From Clostridiales bacterium (GTDB taxonomy: Bacteria; Bacillota; Clostridia; Monoglobales; JAIRYP01): 64,000 nt of DNA. The stretch's first letter is position 1. The number at the start of each line of letters is the position of its first letter. The DNA lies in contig JAIRYP010000011.1 in assembly GCA_031267755.1 (NCBI GenBank), positions 761-64,760 of the forward strand, read 5' to 3'. Below the pieces are notes generated by a model. That model had not been told where the DNA came from. It saw nothing but the letters and a program-made list of their open reading frames with translations, and did no database searches. Shown here one piece after another: positions 48,399 to 59,027 of this stretch. Made by a program: the position numbers and the translations under genes.

Positions 48399-51251
48399 TT
48401 ATTTTTGTTTTAGATATTTCTTTAAATATCTTCCAGTATAAGATTTTTTACACATTGAAACTTCCTCAGGAGTACCGCACACCACAACTTCTCCCCCTTT
48501 TTCCCCACCCTCAGGACCTAAATCAATTATATAATCAACAACTTTTATAACTTCTAAATTATGTTCAATTACTATAACAGTATTTTTACAATCAACTAAT
48601 TTTTGAAGCGCTTCAAGCAATTTATGTACATCTGAAGTATGCAAACCCGTAGTTGGTTCGTCCAAAATATAAATTGTTTTTCCATTTGTTTGTTTACTAA
48701 GTTCCGCAGCCAATTTTATTCTCTGGGCTTCACCGCCCGATAAAGTTGTTGAAGCTTGTCCAAGCTTTATGTAACCAAGACCAACTTCGCGTAATAACTT
48801 AATTTTTCTCTTAAGTTTAGGTAAATTTTCAAAAAAATTTTCTGCCTCTAAAACAGTCATATCAAGCACTTCAAATATATTTTTACCCTTATATTTAATT
48901 TGCAAAGTTTCTCGATTAAAACGCATTCCTTTACACACTTCACATAAAACATAAATATCGGGGAGAAAATGCATCTCAATTTTTACTGTTCCGCCTCCTT
49001 GACAAGATTCACACCTTCCTCCTTTTACATTAAAACTAAATCTTCCGGCACTATAACCTAAAACTTTCGCATCATTCGTACGCGCAAAAATTTCTTTAAT
49101 TTCTCCAAAAATTCCTACGTGCGTTGCTGGGTTTGATCTTGGAGTTCTACCGATTGACGATTGATCTATGGCTATCACTTTTTCAAAATTATTTGCTCCA
49201 ATTAATTCTTTATATTTTCCAACTTTTTCAGAACGATTCCCTAATTTATTAAAAAGTGCTTTATACAATACTTCAATTATTAACGAACTTTTACCGCTTC
49301 CTGAAACACCAGTAACAGCCGTGAATGCACCAATTGGAATTTTCACGCTTATTTTTTTTAAATTATTTTCTTCGGCATTAATTATTTCTAAAAAACTTCC
49401 TTTTACATTTCTTCTCATAGCAGGAATCTTTATTCTCTTTTTGCCACTTAAATAAAGTCCAGTTTCAGACTTTTCACACTTTTTAATTTTATCAACATTT
49501 CCTTCACAAACTATACTGCCACCATGCACTCCAGCACCTGGACCAATGTCAACGATATAATCTGCCGCGCACACCGTATCTTCATCATGTTCCACAACTA
49601 TTAGAGTATTACCTATATCCCTAAGTTTTTTGAGAGTTCCAAGCAAACGTTTATTATCTCTTTGATGAAGTCCAATGCTTGGTTCATCAAGAACATAAAG
49701 CACTCCAGTAAGACCTGAACCAATCTGTGTTGCAAGCCTTATACGTTGTGATTCACCTCCAGATAATGTTGTACTTGATCGTGCAAGTGTCAAATAATCA
49801 AGACCAACGTCAATCAAAAAATTAAGCCTCGAATTAATTTCTTTAAGTATCTGAGATGATATAAACTTTTCTTTATCAGTGAGAACAAGATTCATAAAAA
49901 AATTATATGCTTTTGCTACAGAGAAATTTGAGATTTCATCTATGTTTTTATTGTTTATTGTGATTCCAAGAACTTCTGATTTAAGCCTTGAACCATTACA
50001 TGCACAACAAGTCGTATTTGACATTAATTTTTCTATTCCAAATTTCATCCAAATCGAATTAGTTTCTCTATATTTGCGTTCAAGATTATTAACAATGCCC
50101 TCAAATTCCGTAATTTTAATATCTTCTAAATTTACATCATCATAAATTAATTCAACTTTTTGATTTTTTGTTCCATACATTATTATCTCAATCACTTTTT
50201 TTGATAATTCATTAAACGGAACATCAAGACTAAAATTAAAATAATTTGCAAGAGCCTCAAAAAATATTAAAGTTACATTTTTTTCACCTACATCATGTTT
50301 ATTAAATTTTGTATCTATTCTCCAACCACTTGCAACTATTGCGCCTTGTCTTATGCTTAAATTTTTATTAGGCACCAAAGCATCAACATCAATTTTTTTT
50401 GTATTACCAAGTCCCATGCATGTTTGACATGCTCCATATGGCGTATTAAAAGAAAACATTCTATGAGAAAGCTTTTCAATATTTATTCCACAATCAACAC
50501 ATGCATATTTTTGACTAAAAAAAAGTGTCTCAGAATCAATAATTTTTATTTTTACCAAACCATCTGAAATTTTAAGTGCCAACTCAACGGAATCAGAAAG
50601 CCTCTTGTTTATTCCATCTTTAATAATAAGCCTATCTATTACAATATCAATGTCGTGTTTTTTATGTTTATCGAGTTCAATTTCTTCTGGAAGCACTATA
50701 AGCCTTCCATCAACAATTAATCTTATAAAACCCTTTTTTTTCATTTCATCAAAAAATTTTACAAATTCACCCTTCTCACCCCTAATAACAGGCGAAAGAA
50801 CTAAAATTTTAATACCTTTAGCTAAGGTTAATATAACATCAACAATTTGATCTATATTTTGGTTTTTAATCTCTCTCTTACATTTTGGGCAATGAATAAT
50901 ACCAATATTAGCATATAAAAGTCTTAAATAATCATATATTTCAGTTATAGTTCCAACAGTTGAACGCGGATTTTTACTTGTAATTTTTTGATCAATAGAA
51001 ATTGCAGGAGTTAATCCCTCAATAGAATCAACATCTGGTTTTTCCATCTGCCCCAAAAACTGCCTCGCATATGCCGAAAGTGATTCAACATATCTTCTTT
51101 GACCTTCAGCATAAATTGTATTAAACGCAAGCGAAGACTTTCCTGAACCACTAACCCCTGTAAAAACCACAAATTCATTCTTTGGAATGCTAACATTAAC
51201 ATTTTTTAAATTATGTTCTCTTGCACCCTTTACAATAATACAATTATTCAC
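48399..51251 (-). CDS. uvrA: Excinuclease ABC subunit A
   Basis: 950 aa. GTG start after GGGAGC. Two ABC ATPase modules (GVSGSGKSS twice, LSGGESQR / LSGGEAQR) and zinc-finger Cys clusters. Confidence 0.95.
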   Translation of the reverse strand: MNNCIIVKGAREHNLKNVNVSIPKNEFVVFTGVSGSGKSSLAFNTIYAEGQRRYVESLSAYARQFLGQMEKPDVDSIEGLTPAISIDQKITSKNPRSTVGTITEIYDYLRLLYANIGIIHCPKCKREIKNQNIDQIVDVILTLAKGIKILVLSPVIRGEKGEFVKFFDEMKKKGFIRLIVDGRLIVLPEEIELDKHKKHDIDIVIDRLIIKDGINKRLSDSVELALKISDGLVKIKIIDSETLFFSQKYACVDCGINIEKLSHRMFSFNTPYGACQTCMGLGNTKKIDVDALVPNKNLSIRQGAIVASGWRIDTKFNKHDVGEKNVTLIFFEALANYFNFSLDVPFNELSKKVIEIIMYGTKNQKVELIYDDVNLEDIKITEFEGIVNNLERKYRETNSIWMKFGIEKLMSNTTCCACNGSRLKSEVLGITINNKNIDEISNFSVAKAYNFFMNLVLTDKEKFISSQILKEINSRLNFLIDVGLDYLTLARSSTTLSGGESQRIRLATQIGSGLTGVLYVLDEPSIGLHQRDNKRLLGTLKKLRDIGNTLIVVEHDEDTVCAADYIVDIGPGAGVHGGSIVCEGNVDKIKKCEKSETGLYLSGKKRIKIPAMRRNVKGSFLEIINAEENNLKKISVKIPIGAFTAVTGVSGSGKSSLIIEVLYKALFNKLGNRSEKVGKYKELIGANNFEKVIAIDQSSIGRTPRSNPATHVGIFGEIKEIFARTNDAKVLGYSAGRFSFNVKGGRCESCQGGGTVKIEMHFLPDIYVLCEVCKGMRFNRETLQIKYKGKNIFEVLDMTVLEAENFFENLPKLKRKIKLLREVGLGYIKLGQASTTLSGGEAQRIKLAAELSKQTNGKTIYILDEPTTGLHTSDVHKLLEALQKLVDCKNTVIVIEHNLEVIKVVDYIIDLGPEGGEKGGEVVVCGTPEEVSMCKKSYTGRYLKKYLKQK

Positions 51252-51374
51252 TATTTGCTCCCAAAAAATAATTACAATTTTATTATAATATTTTGTATTA
51301 TATTAAAACAATTTTCTACAAAATAAAATATGACTAAATTTATCTTGAGTAAATCATTCTAAATTATCAAAGGA

Positions 51375-52442
51375 ATGAACATGAAATTAAAAAATAAAAA
51401 AAACGTAATTTTTATATTATTTTTAATGGCAACAATAACATTATTTTATAAAGGAAATTTTTTTATAAAATTGTTTGAAAGAAAATTAAAAACACACGAA
51501 ACAAAACCGAAGATATCACTAATAATGCCAATTTACAATGTAGAAAAATATCTTCAAGAAAGCCTAGAAAGCGCTATCAAACAAACGTTTGAAAAAATTG
51601 AAATAATCTGTGTAAATGATGGCTCAACAGATAGCTCTTTAAATATATTAAAAGAATATGAAAAAAAAGATTCTAGAATCATTGTTAAAGATCAATTAAA
51701 TAAAGGTGTATCAAATGCGCGTAACGTAGGTTTAAATATTGCAAAAGGAGAATATATAGCTTTTCTCGACCCGGACGATTATCTCCAAAGTGACGCGTTA
51801 AAAATTGCGTATGAAAAAGCCAAAAAGAACAATTCAGATATACTTGTTTTTGGTTTTACAGCTTTTCCTGAAACCAATGAATGGCTAGAAAAATCCGGAA
51901 AAAATAGAAACAAAAATTATATCGAAAATTCAATAAATGCCTATTTTGAAAATGTAACTCCTTGCGTATGGAATAAGTTATATAAAAAAACACTTCTTCG
52001 TAAAAATGATATCAAATTCATTGAGCAAGTAAATATCGGCGAGGATGCATGTTTCAACATGATGGCTTTTCCAGGGTCAAAAACAATAACCTTCATTCAA
52101 GATAGGCTTTATAATTATAGAACATGCAGAAAAGATTCACTGACTTGGCTTAACGAAAAAGAAAGCATGAAATCTACCTTAAAAATAATAAAAGAGGTTT
52201 GCGAAGTTTGGGAACGGCGCAATATTTTAAACGGAAATGAAGTTAAATTACTTCAGTATTTTATAAATATGTCATATGAAGAAATAACAAAAAACACAAA
52301 TGAAAATTGTAATTTAGCTCAAGAATTTTTAAAAACACTCAATCCCAAAATCTATAATCAAATCATTGTTGAAGCTTGCAATAAAGAAGTAAAAAAAAGA
52401 ATAAAAACCATAGAAGAACTATCTATAAAATTCCAAAATTAA
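51375..52442 (+). CDS. Family 2 glycosyltransferase, N-terminal membrane anchor
   Basis: 355 aa. ISLIMPIYNVEKYL...VNDGSTD...FLDPDDY is typical of GT2. Confidence 0.85.
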   Translation: MNMKLKNKKNVIFILFLMATITLFYKGNFFIKLFERKLKTHETKPKISLIMPIYNVEKYLQESLESAIKQTFEKIEIICVNDGSTDSSLNILKEYEKKDSRIIVKDQLNKGVSNARNVGLNIAKGEYIAFLDPDDYLQSDALKIAYEKAKKNNSDILVFGFTAFPETNEWLEKSGKNRNKNYIENSINAYFENVTPCVWNKLYKKTLLRKNDIKFIEQVNIGEDACFNMMAFPGSKTITFIQDRLYNYRTCRKDSLTWLNEKESMKSTLKIIKEVCEVWERRNILNGNEVKLLQYFINMSYEEITKNTNENCNLAQEFLKTLNPKIYNQIIVEACNKEVKKRIKTIEELSIKFQN

Positions 52443-52500
52443 AAATTGATTTCAAAATCTTACAAATTTTATTACAATTATTTAAACAATTTTTACAGAA

Positions 52501-53346
52501 ATGGATAAAATTACAGTTATGAGTGAAGCTGATAAAATTTTTATAAAAATGTGCAAAAATATTATTGAAAACGGATTTTCTGACGAAAAATATAATGTAC
52601 GAACAAAGTGGCAAGACGGTACAAAAGCACATACAATTAAAAGTTTCGGTGTAATAAATAGATATGATTTAGCTAAAGAATTTCCAATCATCACTTTAAG
52701 ACCAATAAACTTTGAAAAAGCTATGGATGAAATTTTATGGATTTGGCAAAAAAAATCAAATAATATAAGAGACTTAAATAGCCGGATTTGGAATAATTGG
52801 GCAGATGAAAATGGCTCTATTGGAAAAGCATATGGTTATCAAATGAAAGTTTTACATAAATACAAAGAAGGTTTTTTTGATCAAGTCGATAGAATCCTGT
52901 TCGATTTAAAAAACAATCCACATAGCAGACGAATGATTACAAATATGTACGTGCATAAAGACTTATTTGAAATGAAATTATATCCTTGTGCGTATAGTAT
53001 GACTTTTAATGTTGCTGGAAATAGTTTAAATGCAATATTAAACCAAAGATCTCAAGACGTTTTAACGGCAAATGGATGGAACGTATGTCAATATGCAGCG
53101 CTCGTTCATATGTTTGCTAAAGTATCAAATTTAAAAGTTGGAGAGCTTATTCATGTAATTGCAGACGCTCATATCTACGATAAACATGTGCCGTTAATAA
53201 AGGAACTTATTGAAAAAAAAACTTTTCCGGCACCAAATCTTTTTATTAACCCTGAGATAAATAAATTTTATGATTTTAAAACTTCTGATATAAAACTCGA
53301 AAATTATTTACATGGCAAGCAACTAAATTTTCCAGTTGCAATTTAA
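52501..53346 (+). CDS. thyA: Thymidylate synthase (ThyA)
   Basis: 281 aa. Colinear with B. subtilis-type ThyA as I recall it (NPHSRRMITNMY, LYPCAYSMTF, NQRSQD, DAHIY). The start may be ATG 52519. Confidence 0.9.
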   Translation: MDKITVMSEADKIFIKMCKNIIENGFSDEKYNVRTKWQDGTKAHTIKSFGVINRYDLAKEFPIITLRPINFEKAMDEILWIWQKKSNNIRDLNSRIWNNWADENGSIGKAYGYQMKVLHKYKEGFFDQVDRILFDLKNNPHSRRMITNMYVHKDLFEMKLYPCAYSMTFNVAGNSLNAILNQRSQDVLTANGWNVCQYAALVHMFAKVSNLKVGELIHVIADAHIYDKHVPLIKELIEKKTFPAPNLFINPEINKFYDFKTSDIKLENYLHGKQLNFPVAI

Positions 53347-53438
53347 TTTAAAATTTTTATTGTAAGTTGATTGTCCAATATTTTTAGTTTAAAAAATCAT
53401 TTATATAATAAATTTCACAATAAATTAGCGAGGCATTT

Positions 53439-54206
53439 ATGCTTTTTGATACTCATGCACACTTAGTTGACAAAGTTTTTGATGAAGACAGAAAAGAAGT
53501 TATAAAAAAAAGTTATGAAAAAGATAAAGTTACAAATATTATAAATGTTGGAACTGACTTAAATTCCTCTAAACAATGTGTAGAACTTGCTGAAAGGTAT
53601 GATTTTTTATTTTCAAGTGTTGGAATTCATCCAATACACACTAAAGAAGCAAAAATAAATGATGCTGAAAAAATAAAAATTCTTGCTCAGCATAAAAAAA
53701 ATGTTGCAATAGGCGAAATAGGTCTTGACTATCACTATAAAGATTTTGATGAGAAACAACAAAAAAAATGGTTCGAAAAACAACTCAAAGTAGCAAAAAG
53801 ATTAAATATTCCGGTCATTGTACACGACAGAGATTCTAATTTTGAATGTATAAACATAATTGAAAGTTTAAAAATAAAAAAGGGAGTTTTTCATTGTTTT
53901 AACGGAGATGAAAAAATTGCTCAAAAAATTATCGAAATGGGTTTTCATTTGTCTTTTACCGGAATTGTTACTTATAAAAATGCTAAAAATCTTATACAAG
54001 TCATTAGAAGCATTCCAAATGACAAGATTTTAATCGAAACTGATTGCCCATATTTATCGCCCGAACCACATAGAGGAAAAAGAAATTATCCAGGAAACGT
54101 TAAGCATATCGCTGAAAAAATTGCAAATATAAAAAACACAACTTTTGAAGAAATCGCAGACATAACCAACAAAAATGCCAAAAAATTATTTCTAAATAAA
54201 ATTTAA
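53439..54206 (+). CDS. tatD: TatD-family metal-dependent hydrolase
   Basis: 255 aa. MLFDTHAHL, GEIGLDYHY, VHDRDS and ETDCPYL motifs. Confidence 0.9.
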   Translation: MLFDTHAHLVDKVFDEDRKEVIKKSYEKDKVTNIINVGTDLNSSKQCVELAERYDFLFSSVGIHPIHTKEAKINDAEKIKILAQHKKNVAIGEIGLDYHYKDFDEKQQKKWFEKQLKVAKRLNIPVIVHDRDSNFECINIIESLKIKKGVFHCFNGDEKIAQKIIEMGFHLSFTGIVTYKNAKNLIQVIRSIPNDKILIETDCPYLSPEPHRGKRNYPGNVKHIAEKIANIKNTTFEEIADITNKNAKKLFLNKI

Positions 54207-54282
54207 CCTAAAAATTTTGCATTTTAAGTATAGCTACTATTTTCAACATATGTTCGTTCTCTTGAAAAATCAGTAACAAAAT

Positions 54283-55152
54283 TTACACTTCTATTGTTCC
54301 ATCAAAAACTTTTTCGCACTCTCCCGTCATATAAATATTTTTATCAGTGTAATTTACGCTCATTTCTCCTCCTCTTAAAAATATTTTAATATCTTTATTC
54401 TTTTCAAAATAGCCATTTAAAACTGAACAAACACTTGCTGCACACGCTCCAGTACCACAACCAAAAGTTTCAGCACTTCCTCTCTCCCAAACGCGCATTT
54501 TAATACTGTTTTCATTCACAATTTTTACAAATTCAATATTTATTCCCTCAGGAAAAATTTCACTATTTTCAAATTTTTTTCCAATGTCAGAAATATTTAA
54601 GTTATCAATCTCATCATAAAAAATCACACAATGAGGATTTCCTACTGAAACACAATTTATTTTATAATTTTCGTTCGCTATATTAACGATTCTGTTTATA
54701 ACACTTTCTCCGCTTAAATTAACTGGAATCTTTACGGGATCAAAAACGGCCACTCCCATATTCACTTTTACAGAAGAAACTTTGGAATCTCCAATCTTTA
54801 ACTCCAAAGCCCTAACTCCGCTAGCAGTTTCAATTTTCATTTTTTTATCATTAACAATACCATTATCATACAAAAACTTAGCAACACATCTGATAGCATT
54901 TCCACACATTTTTCCTTCACTACCGTCAGCATTATACATTTTCATTCTTGCATCTGTTTTTTCAGAATTACAAATCAAAACAATTCCGTCGCTACCCACC
55001 CCAAAATGCCTATCAGACAAAAAAACACTTAAAACTTCATTAGAATTTATTTCTTTATTTAAACAATTATAGTATTTTATATCATCTTTCATACAATTTA
55101 TGTATATATAATCATTTCCACACGCTTGCATTTTCGTGAAATTAAGATTCAT
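54283..55152 (-). CDS. dapF: Diaminopimelate epimerase
   Basis: 289 aa. FTKMQACGNDYIYI, CGNAIRC and FGCGTGACA catalytic-Cys contexts. Confidence 0.9.
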   Translation of the reverse strand: MNLNFTKMQACGNDYIYINCMKDDIKYYNCLNKEINSNEVLSVFLSDRHFGVGSDGIVLICNSEKTDARMKMYNADGSEGKMCGNAIRCVAKFLYDNGIVNDKKMKIETASGVRALELKIGDSKVSSVKVNMGVAVFDPVKIPVNLSGESVINRIVNIANENYKINCVSVGNPHCVIFYDEIDNLNISDIGKKFENSEIFPEGINIEFVKIVNENSIKMRVWERGSAETFGCGTGACAASVCSVLNGYFEKNKDIKIFLRGGEMSVNYTDKNIYMTGECEKVFDGTIEV

Positions 55153-55401
55153 AAAAATCTCCTTTTAATATACAAAATATAACTTAAACATTCTGCAGTG
55201 ATTTTAATATTCTGTATAAATATACTACAACATAAAATCCATATAAACAAAATATGAATAGTTAATATCAAATTTTGAATTAATTTTTGTATTTAAAATT
55301 TATCATATGATGTTATTATAATGAAACAAAGAATACTTTAAAAATAATTTTACTCGATTTTACATTCATTTTTCAAAGCTTACAACATTGAGGTAAAAAT
55401 A

Positions 55402-56160
55402 ATGATTAATATTGGGAGAAAAACAGTTTATATTTTGGGTGTAAAAATTGATGACATAACTTTTTCAAGTTCGGTATCGCTCGCCGAAAGATTAATTAAA
55501 TCAGAAGGATTATCAATGATTTATACAATTAACCCCGAAATTATTATGTCAGCATATAAAGAAACATCTTTTAAAGATATACTAAATTCTTCAACACTCT
55601 GCGTAGCCGATGGAATTGGAATTCTATACGCATCAAAAATACTTAACACTCCACTTCCTGAACGAATTTCAGGAATTGATTTAATTTGTTCTTTGTTCGA
55701 TAAAATTAAAACTAATAATACTAAGACATTTTTGCTTGGTTCGAAACCTGGAATTGCTGAAAAAGCAAAATATAATATCGAAAACACATATAAAGGAATC
55801 GATATATGTGGAGTTAGTGATGGATACTTTTTTGGAAACAAAAATAAAGAAGATGAAATAATCGAAAAAATAAATAATTCTGAAGCAAAGCTATTAATAG
55901 TTTGCATGGGATCACCGTTACAGGAGAAATGGATTAATAAAAATCGTAACAAATTAAAAGTAAATTTATGTATCGGTGCGGGAGGCACTTTAGACGTCTT
56001 TTCAGGAATTAAAAAACGTGCACCAATCGTTATGCAAAATTTAAATCTTGAATGGTTTTATAGAATATTTAATGAACCAAAAAGAATTAAAAGATTTATG
56101 AGCGTTCCCAAATTTGCATATTTAGTTATTTTAGAAAGCTTACACAAAAATAAAAAATAA
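55402..56160 (+). CDS. tagA: WecB/TagA/CpsF-family glycosyltransferase
   Basis: 252 aa. GSPLQEKWI...GAGGTLDVFSGIKKRAP...LNLEWFYRIFNEPKR is typical of the family. Confidence 0.8.
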   Translation: MINIGRKTVYILGVKIDDITFSSSVSLAERLIKSEGLSMIYTINPEIIMSAYKETSFKDILNSSTLCVADGIGILYASKILNTPLPERISGIDLICSLFDKIKTNNTKTFLLGSKPGIAEKAKYNIENTYKGIDICGVSDGYFFGNKNKEDEIIEKINNSEAKLLIVCMGSPLQEKWINKNRNKLKVNLCIGAGGTLDVFSGIKKRAPIVMQNLNLEWFYRIFNEPKRIKRFMSVPKFAYLVILESLHKNKK

Positions 56161-56218
56161 GACTCAAATATTTCAAAAGAAAACTAAAAAATTTTTAAAA
56201 ACTTCAAATGGTGTTTTA

Positions 56219-56773
56219 GTGGAAAAAATGAATAAAGAAGAAATAAGAAAATTTTACAAAAAACTTCGAGATAAAATCCCAAAATGGAGAATAATTGAAA
56301 AAAGTTTGATTGTAATCAAAAAATTTTTGGAAAGTCCAGAATATTTATATTCAAACAATATAATGATTTATATGAGTTATGGAAGCGAAGTTAATACACA
56401 TAAATTATTTAACACAATAATAAAAGATAAAGGCAAAGTTATTTTGCCAAATTGTTCTTTAAAAAATGAAAAAATTGTTCCATACATTGTTAAAAGTTTT
56501 CATGAACTTAGAATTGGCACGTATAAAATTTTAGAACCCAATGAAAATAAATGTATAAAATTTGAAAATAAAAATAATATAGACATTATTTTGGTTCCAG
56601 GAATTGTTTTCGATAAAAACGGTGGAAGAATCGGTTACGGCAAAGGCTATTATGATAAATTTTTATCAGATTATAATGGTTTTAAGATAGGTTTGTGCTT
56701 TAAAGAATACCAAGTTCCGTACTTCACAAGTGAAATTCATGATATTTCAGTTGATAAAATAATTTGTGATTGA
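56219..56773 (+). CDS. 5-formyltetrahydrofolate cyclo-ligase
   Basis: 184 aa. ILVPGIVFDKNGGRIGYGKGYYDKFL motif. Start is either GTG 56219 or ATG 56228. Confidence 0.85.
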   Translation: MEKMNKEEIRKFYKKLRDKIPKWRIIEKSLIVIKKFLESPEYLYSNNIMIYMSYGSEVNTHKLFNTIIKDKGKVILPNCSLKNEKIVPYIVKSFHELRIGTYKILEPNENKCIKFENKNNIDIILVPGIVFDKNGGRIGYGKGYYDKFLSDYNGFKIGLCFKEYQVPYFTSEIHDISVDKIICD

Positions 56774-56786
56774 TTTTTGGTGATTT

Positions 56787-57848
56787 ATGAATAAAAATAT
56801 ATCTAAAAATAAACAAAAATGGAATAATTTTGTTTTTTGGTTGAAAAAATTTTTTTTTAAAGAACTTAAAAATGTCACAATCATAACTTTAATAAGCATT
56901 TTTCTGTTATTTTTTCTTGGTTTTACCCTTGACATATATGGATATAGGCAAAATAATAAAAATTCATTAAACATCAAAGTTTCAATACCAAAAGATTCTT
57001 CGATTAATAAAATTTCTTCAATTTTGAAAGAAAATAAAGTAATAAAGTGTAAAAATGTGTTTAAAATTTTCTCACAAATGATGAAAAATTATAGTAATTT
57101 TAAATATGGAAACCACACTTTTAACTCAAACATGAGTTATTATGAAATATTTGAAGAACTCAAAAAAATACCTGAAATTCCCAAAGTAATCGTTGTTATT
57201 CCCGAAGGGTTTAATCTTGATGAAATAATAAAAAGATTATGTGAAAAAAAAATTGCGTGCAAAGAAAAACTTTTGGATGAACTCAAAAATGGAGAATTCG
57301 ATTATCCATTTATCAAAAAAAATAATAGAAAAGAAAAAAAACTTGAGGGATATTTATTTCCTGCAACTTATGAAATTTTAGAAGATGAAAGCGAACACAC
57401 CATAATAAACAAAATGTTGAAAAAATTTTCTCAGGTTGTACCACCAATTTATGAAAAAAGTGGAAGCGAATATTCTCTTGATGAAATTGTTATAATTGCA
57501 TCAATAATTGAAAAAGAATCTTTTCCAAATGATATGCGAAACGTATCTTCGGTGTTTCACAATAGACTCAAACAGGGAATGAATCTTGGTTCATGTGCAA
57601 CAGTTATGTACGCTCTTGGAACAAAAAAAGAAAATTTAAATGTTAAAGACACCAAAATTTGTTCTCCATACAACACGTACTTAAAAAAAGGTCTTCCGAT
57701 TGGTCCAATATCGTGTCCTGGTTTGAAAGCTATTGAAGCAGCGCTACAACCTGAAAACACAGATTATTTTTATTTCGTAAAAAGCAAAGATGGTCTCAAT
57801 CATATTTTTAATAAAAACTTCAACGAACATTTAAACGCAAGTAGGTAA
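56787..57848 (+). CDS. mltG: Endolytic murein transglycosylase MltG (YceG-like)
   Basis: 353 aa. N-terminal TM segment. LEGYLFPATYE, ASIIEKE and YNTYLKKGLPIGPI motifs. Confidence 0.9.
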   Translation: MNKNISKNKQKWNNFVFWLKKFFFKELKNVTIITLISIFLLFFLGFTLDIYGYRQNNKNSLNIKVSIPKDSSINKISSILKENKVIKCKNVFKIFSQMMKNYSNFKYGNHTFNSNMSYYEIFEELKKIPEIPKVIVVIPEGFNLDEIIKRLCEKKIACKEKLLDELKNGEFDYPFIKKNNRKEKKLEGYLFPATYEILEDESEHTIINKMLKKFSQVVPPIYEKSGSEYSLDEIVIIASIIEKESFPNDMRNVSSVFHNRLKQGMNLGSCATVMYALGTKKENLNVKDTKICSPYNTYLKKGLPIGPISCPGLKAIEAALQPENTDYFYFVKSKDGLNHIFNKNFNEHLNASR

Positions 57849-57852
57849 ACAT

Positions 57853-58572
57853 ATGTTAGATATGAAAATATATGAAAAAAAAACCAATGCAAAAATTATA
57901 AGGAAATTAACATCCCAAAATATTAAAAAAAAGTCCTCCGCAAAAGATATTTTATATTTGCTTGATGATATGAAAAATTTCTCTGAAATTAATAATATTC
58001 CAATTTGTAAAATAGAAGTAATAAATTTTATTTCAAATTTAATAAATGATTCTCAATATAAAAATATTTTAGAAATTGGCACTGCAATTGGATATTTTGC
58101 AATACATATTCAGATGTTATCAAGCGCAAAAATTACAACGATTGAACTATCAAAAAAAATGTTTTCTATTGCACAAAAAAACATTAAAAAAGCAAAAAAA
58201 AATAATAAAATAAAGTTGATATTGGGAGAAGCAAATGAAATTTTGACTAATTTAAAAAATAAATATTTAAAATATTTTGATTTAATTTTTATTGATGCCG
58301 CAAAATCACAATATAAAAAATATTTTTTAAATAGTGTAGATCTGCTTAAACCTTCAGGGGTTATTATATGCGATAATATTTTGTTTAGAGGAATGGTAAA
58401 CGAAAACAATAAAATAAACAAAAGATATAAAACAATTGTTAAGAACATGAAGTTATTTCTAGAATTTTTGACGAAAAATAAAGATTTTAATACCACGATA
58501 GTTCCAATAAGTGACGGTCTTTCAATATCTTACAAAATTAATAAAACATCAAATAAATATTTATTGAATTAA
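57853..58572 (+). CDS. Class I SAM-dependent O-methyltransferase (YrrM/TrmR-like)
   Basis: 239 aa. ILEIGTAIGY SAM motif and FIDAAK. Position immediately after mltG mirrors B. subtilis yrrL-yrrM. Confidence 0.75.
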   Translation: MLDMKIYEKKTNAKIIRKLTSQNIKKKSSAKDILYLLDDMKNFSEINNIPICKIEVINFISNLINDSQYKNILEIGTAIGYFAIHIQMLSSAKITTIELSKKMFSIAQKNIKKAKKNNKIKLILGEANEILTNLKNKYLKYFDLIFIDAAKSQYKKYFLNSVDLLKPSGVIICDNILFRGMVNENNKINKRYKTIVKNMKLFLEFLTKNKDFNTTIVPISDGLSISYKINKTSNKYLLN

Positions 58573-58679
58573 TATTTAAAAACTATTAAAATATTTGAAA
58601 ATTTAAATTTGATGAAAGAATTTAGAACTTATATATTTAAGTTTTCGGGTGTTTTATATTTAATTTTAGGAGATACAAT

Positions 58680-58997
58680 TTGACCGAGAGCACTAAAAAA
58701 GATAACATAGAAACCAATAATAAAGAAAAAGAATATTTAACGTATAAAGAAAAAAAACTCATTCGTTCAGGAAATTGCATTTATTATGGAAATCCTGAGG
58801 ATAAATATTTAGTTTGTTATAAAATTATAAGTTCAAAACAATTGGGTTCAATAACAATTTCAGATGACATTATTATAGAGCTTTTGACAAATAATTTCGG
58901 CAAAACGAAACTTGTAAAACAAGCAAGAAGAGAAAACCTTTTTAAAGCAATGGACATTGGTACCTTTTGGCTTGAAGATGCACTTGAAAATCATTAA
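58680..58997 (+). CDS. Hypothetical protein (105 aa)
   Basis: TTG start 6 nt after AGGAGA. No family recognised. Lies immediately upstream of guaA. Confidence 0.5.
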   Translation: MTESTKKDNIETNNKEKEYLTYKEKKLIRSGNCIYYGNPEDKYLVCYKIISSKQLGSITISDDIIIELLTNNFGKTKLVKQARRENLFKAMDIGTFWLEDALENH

Positions 58998-59027
58998 ATA
59001 AATTTAATTATTGTTATGCGAGGAAAA

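Noticed and set aside
58573-59027. Purine/guanine riboswitch upstream of guaA
   Set aside because: No riboswitch core motifs are present. The space is occupied by a 105-aa ORF with its own SD.
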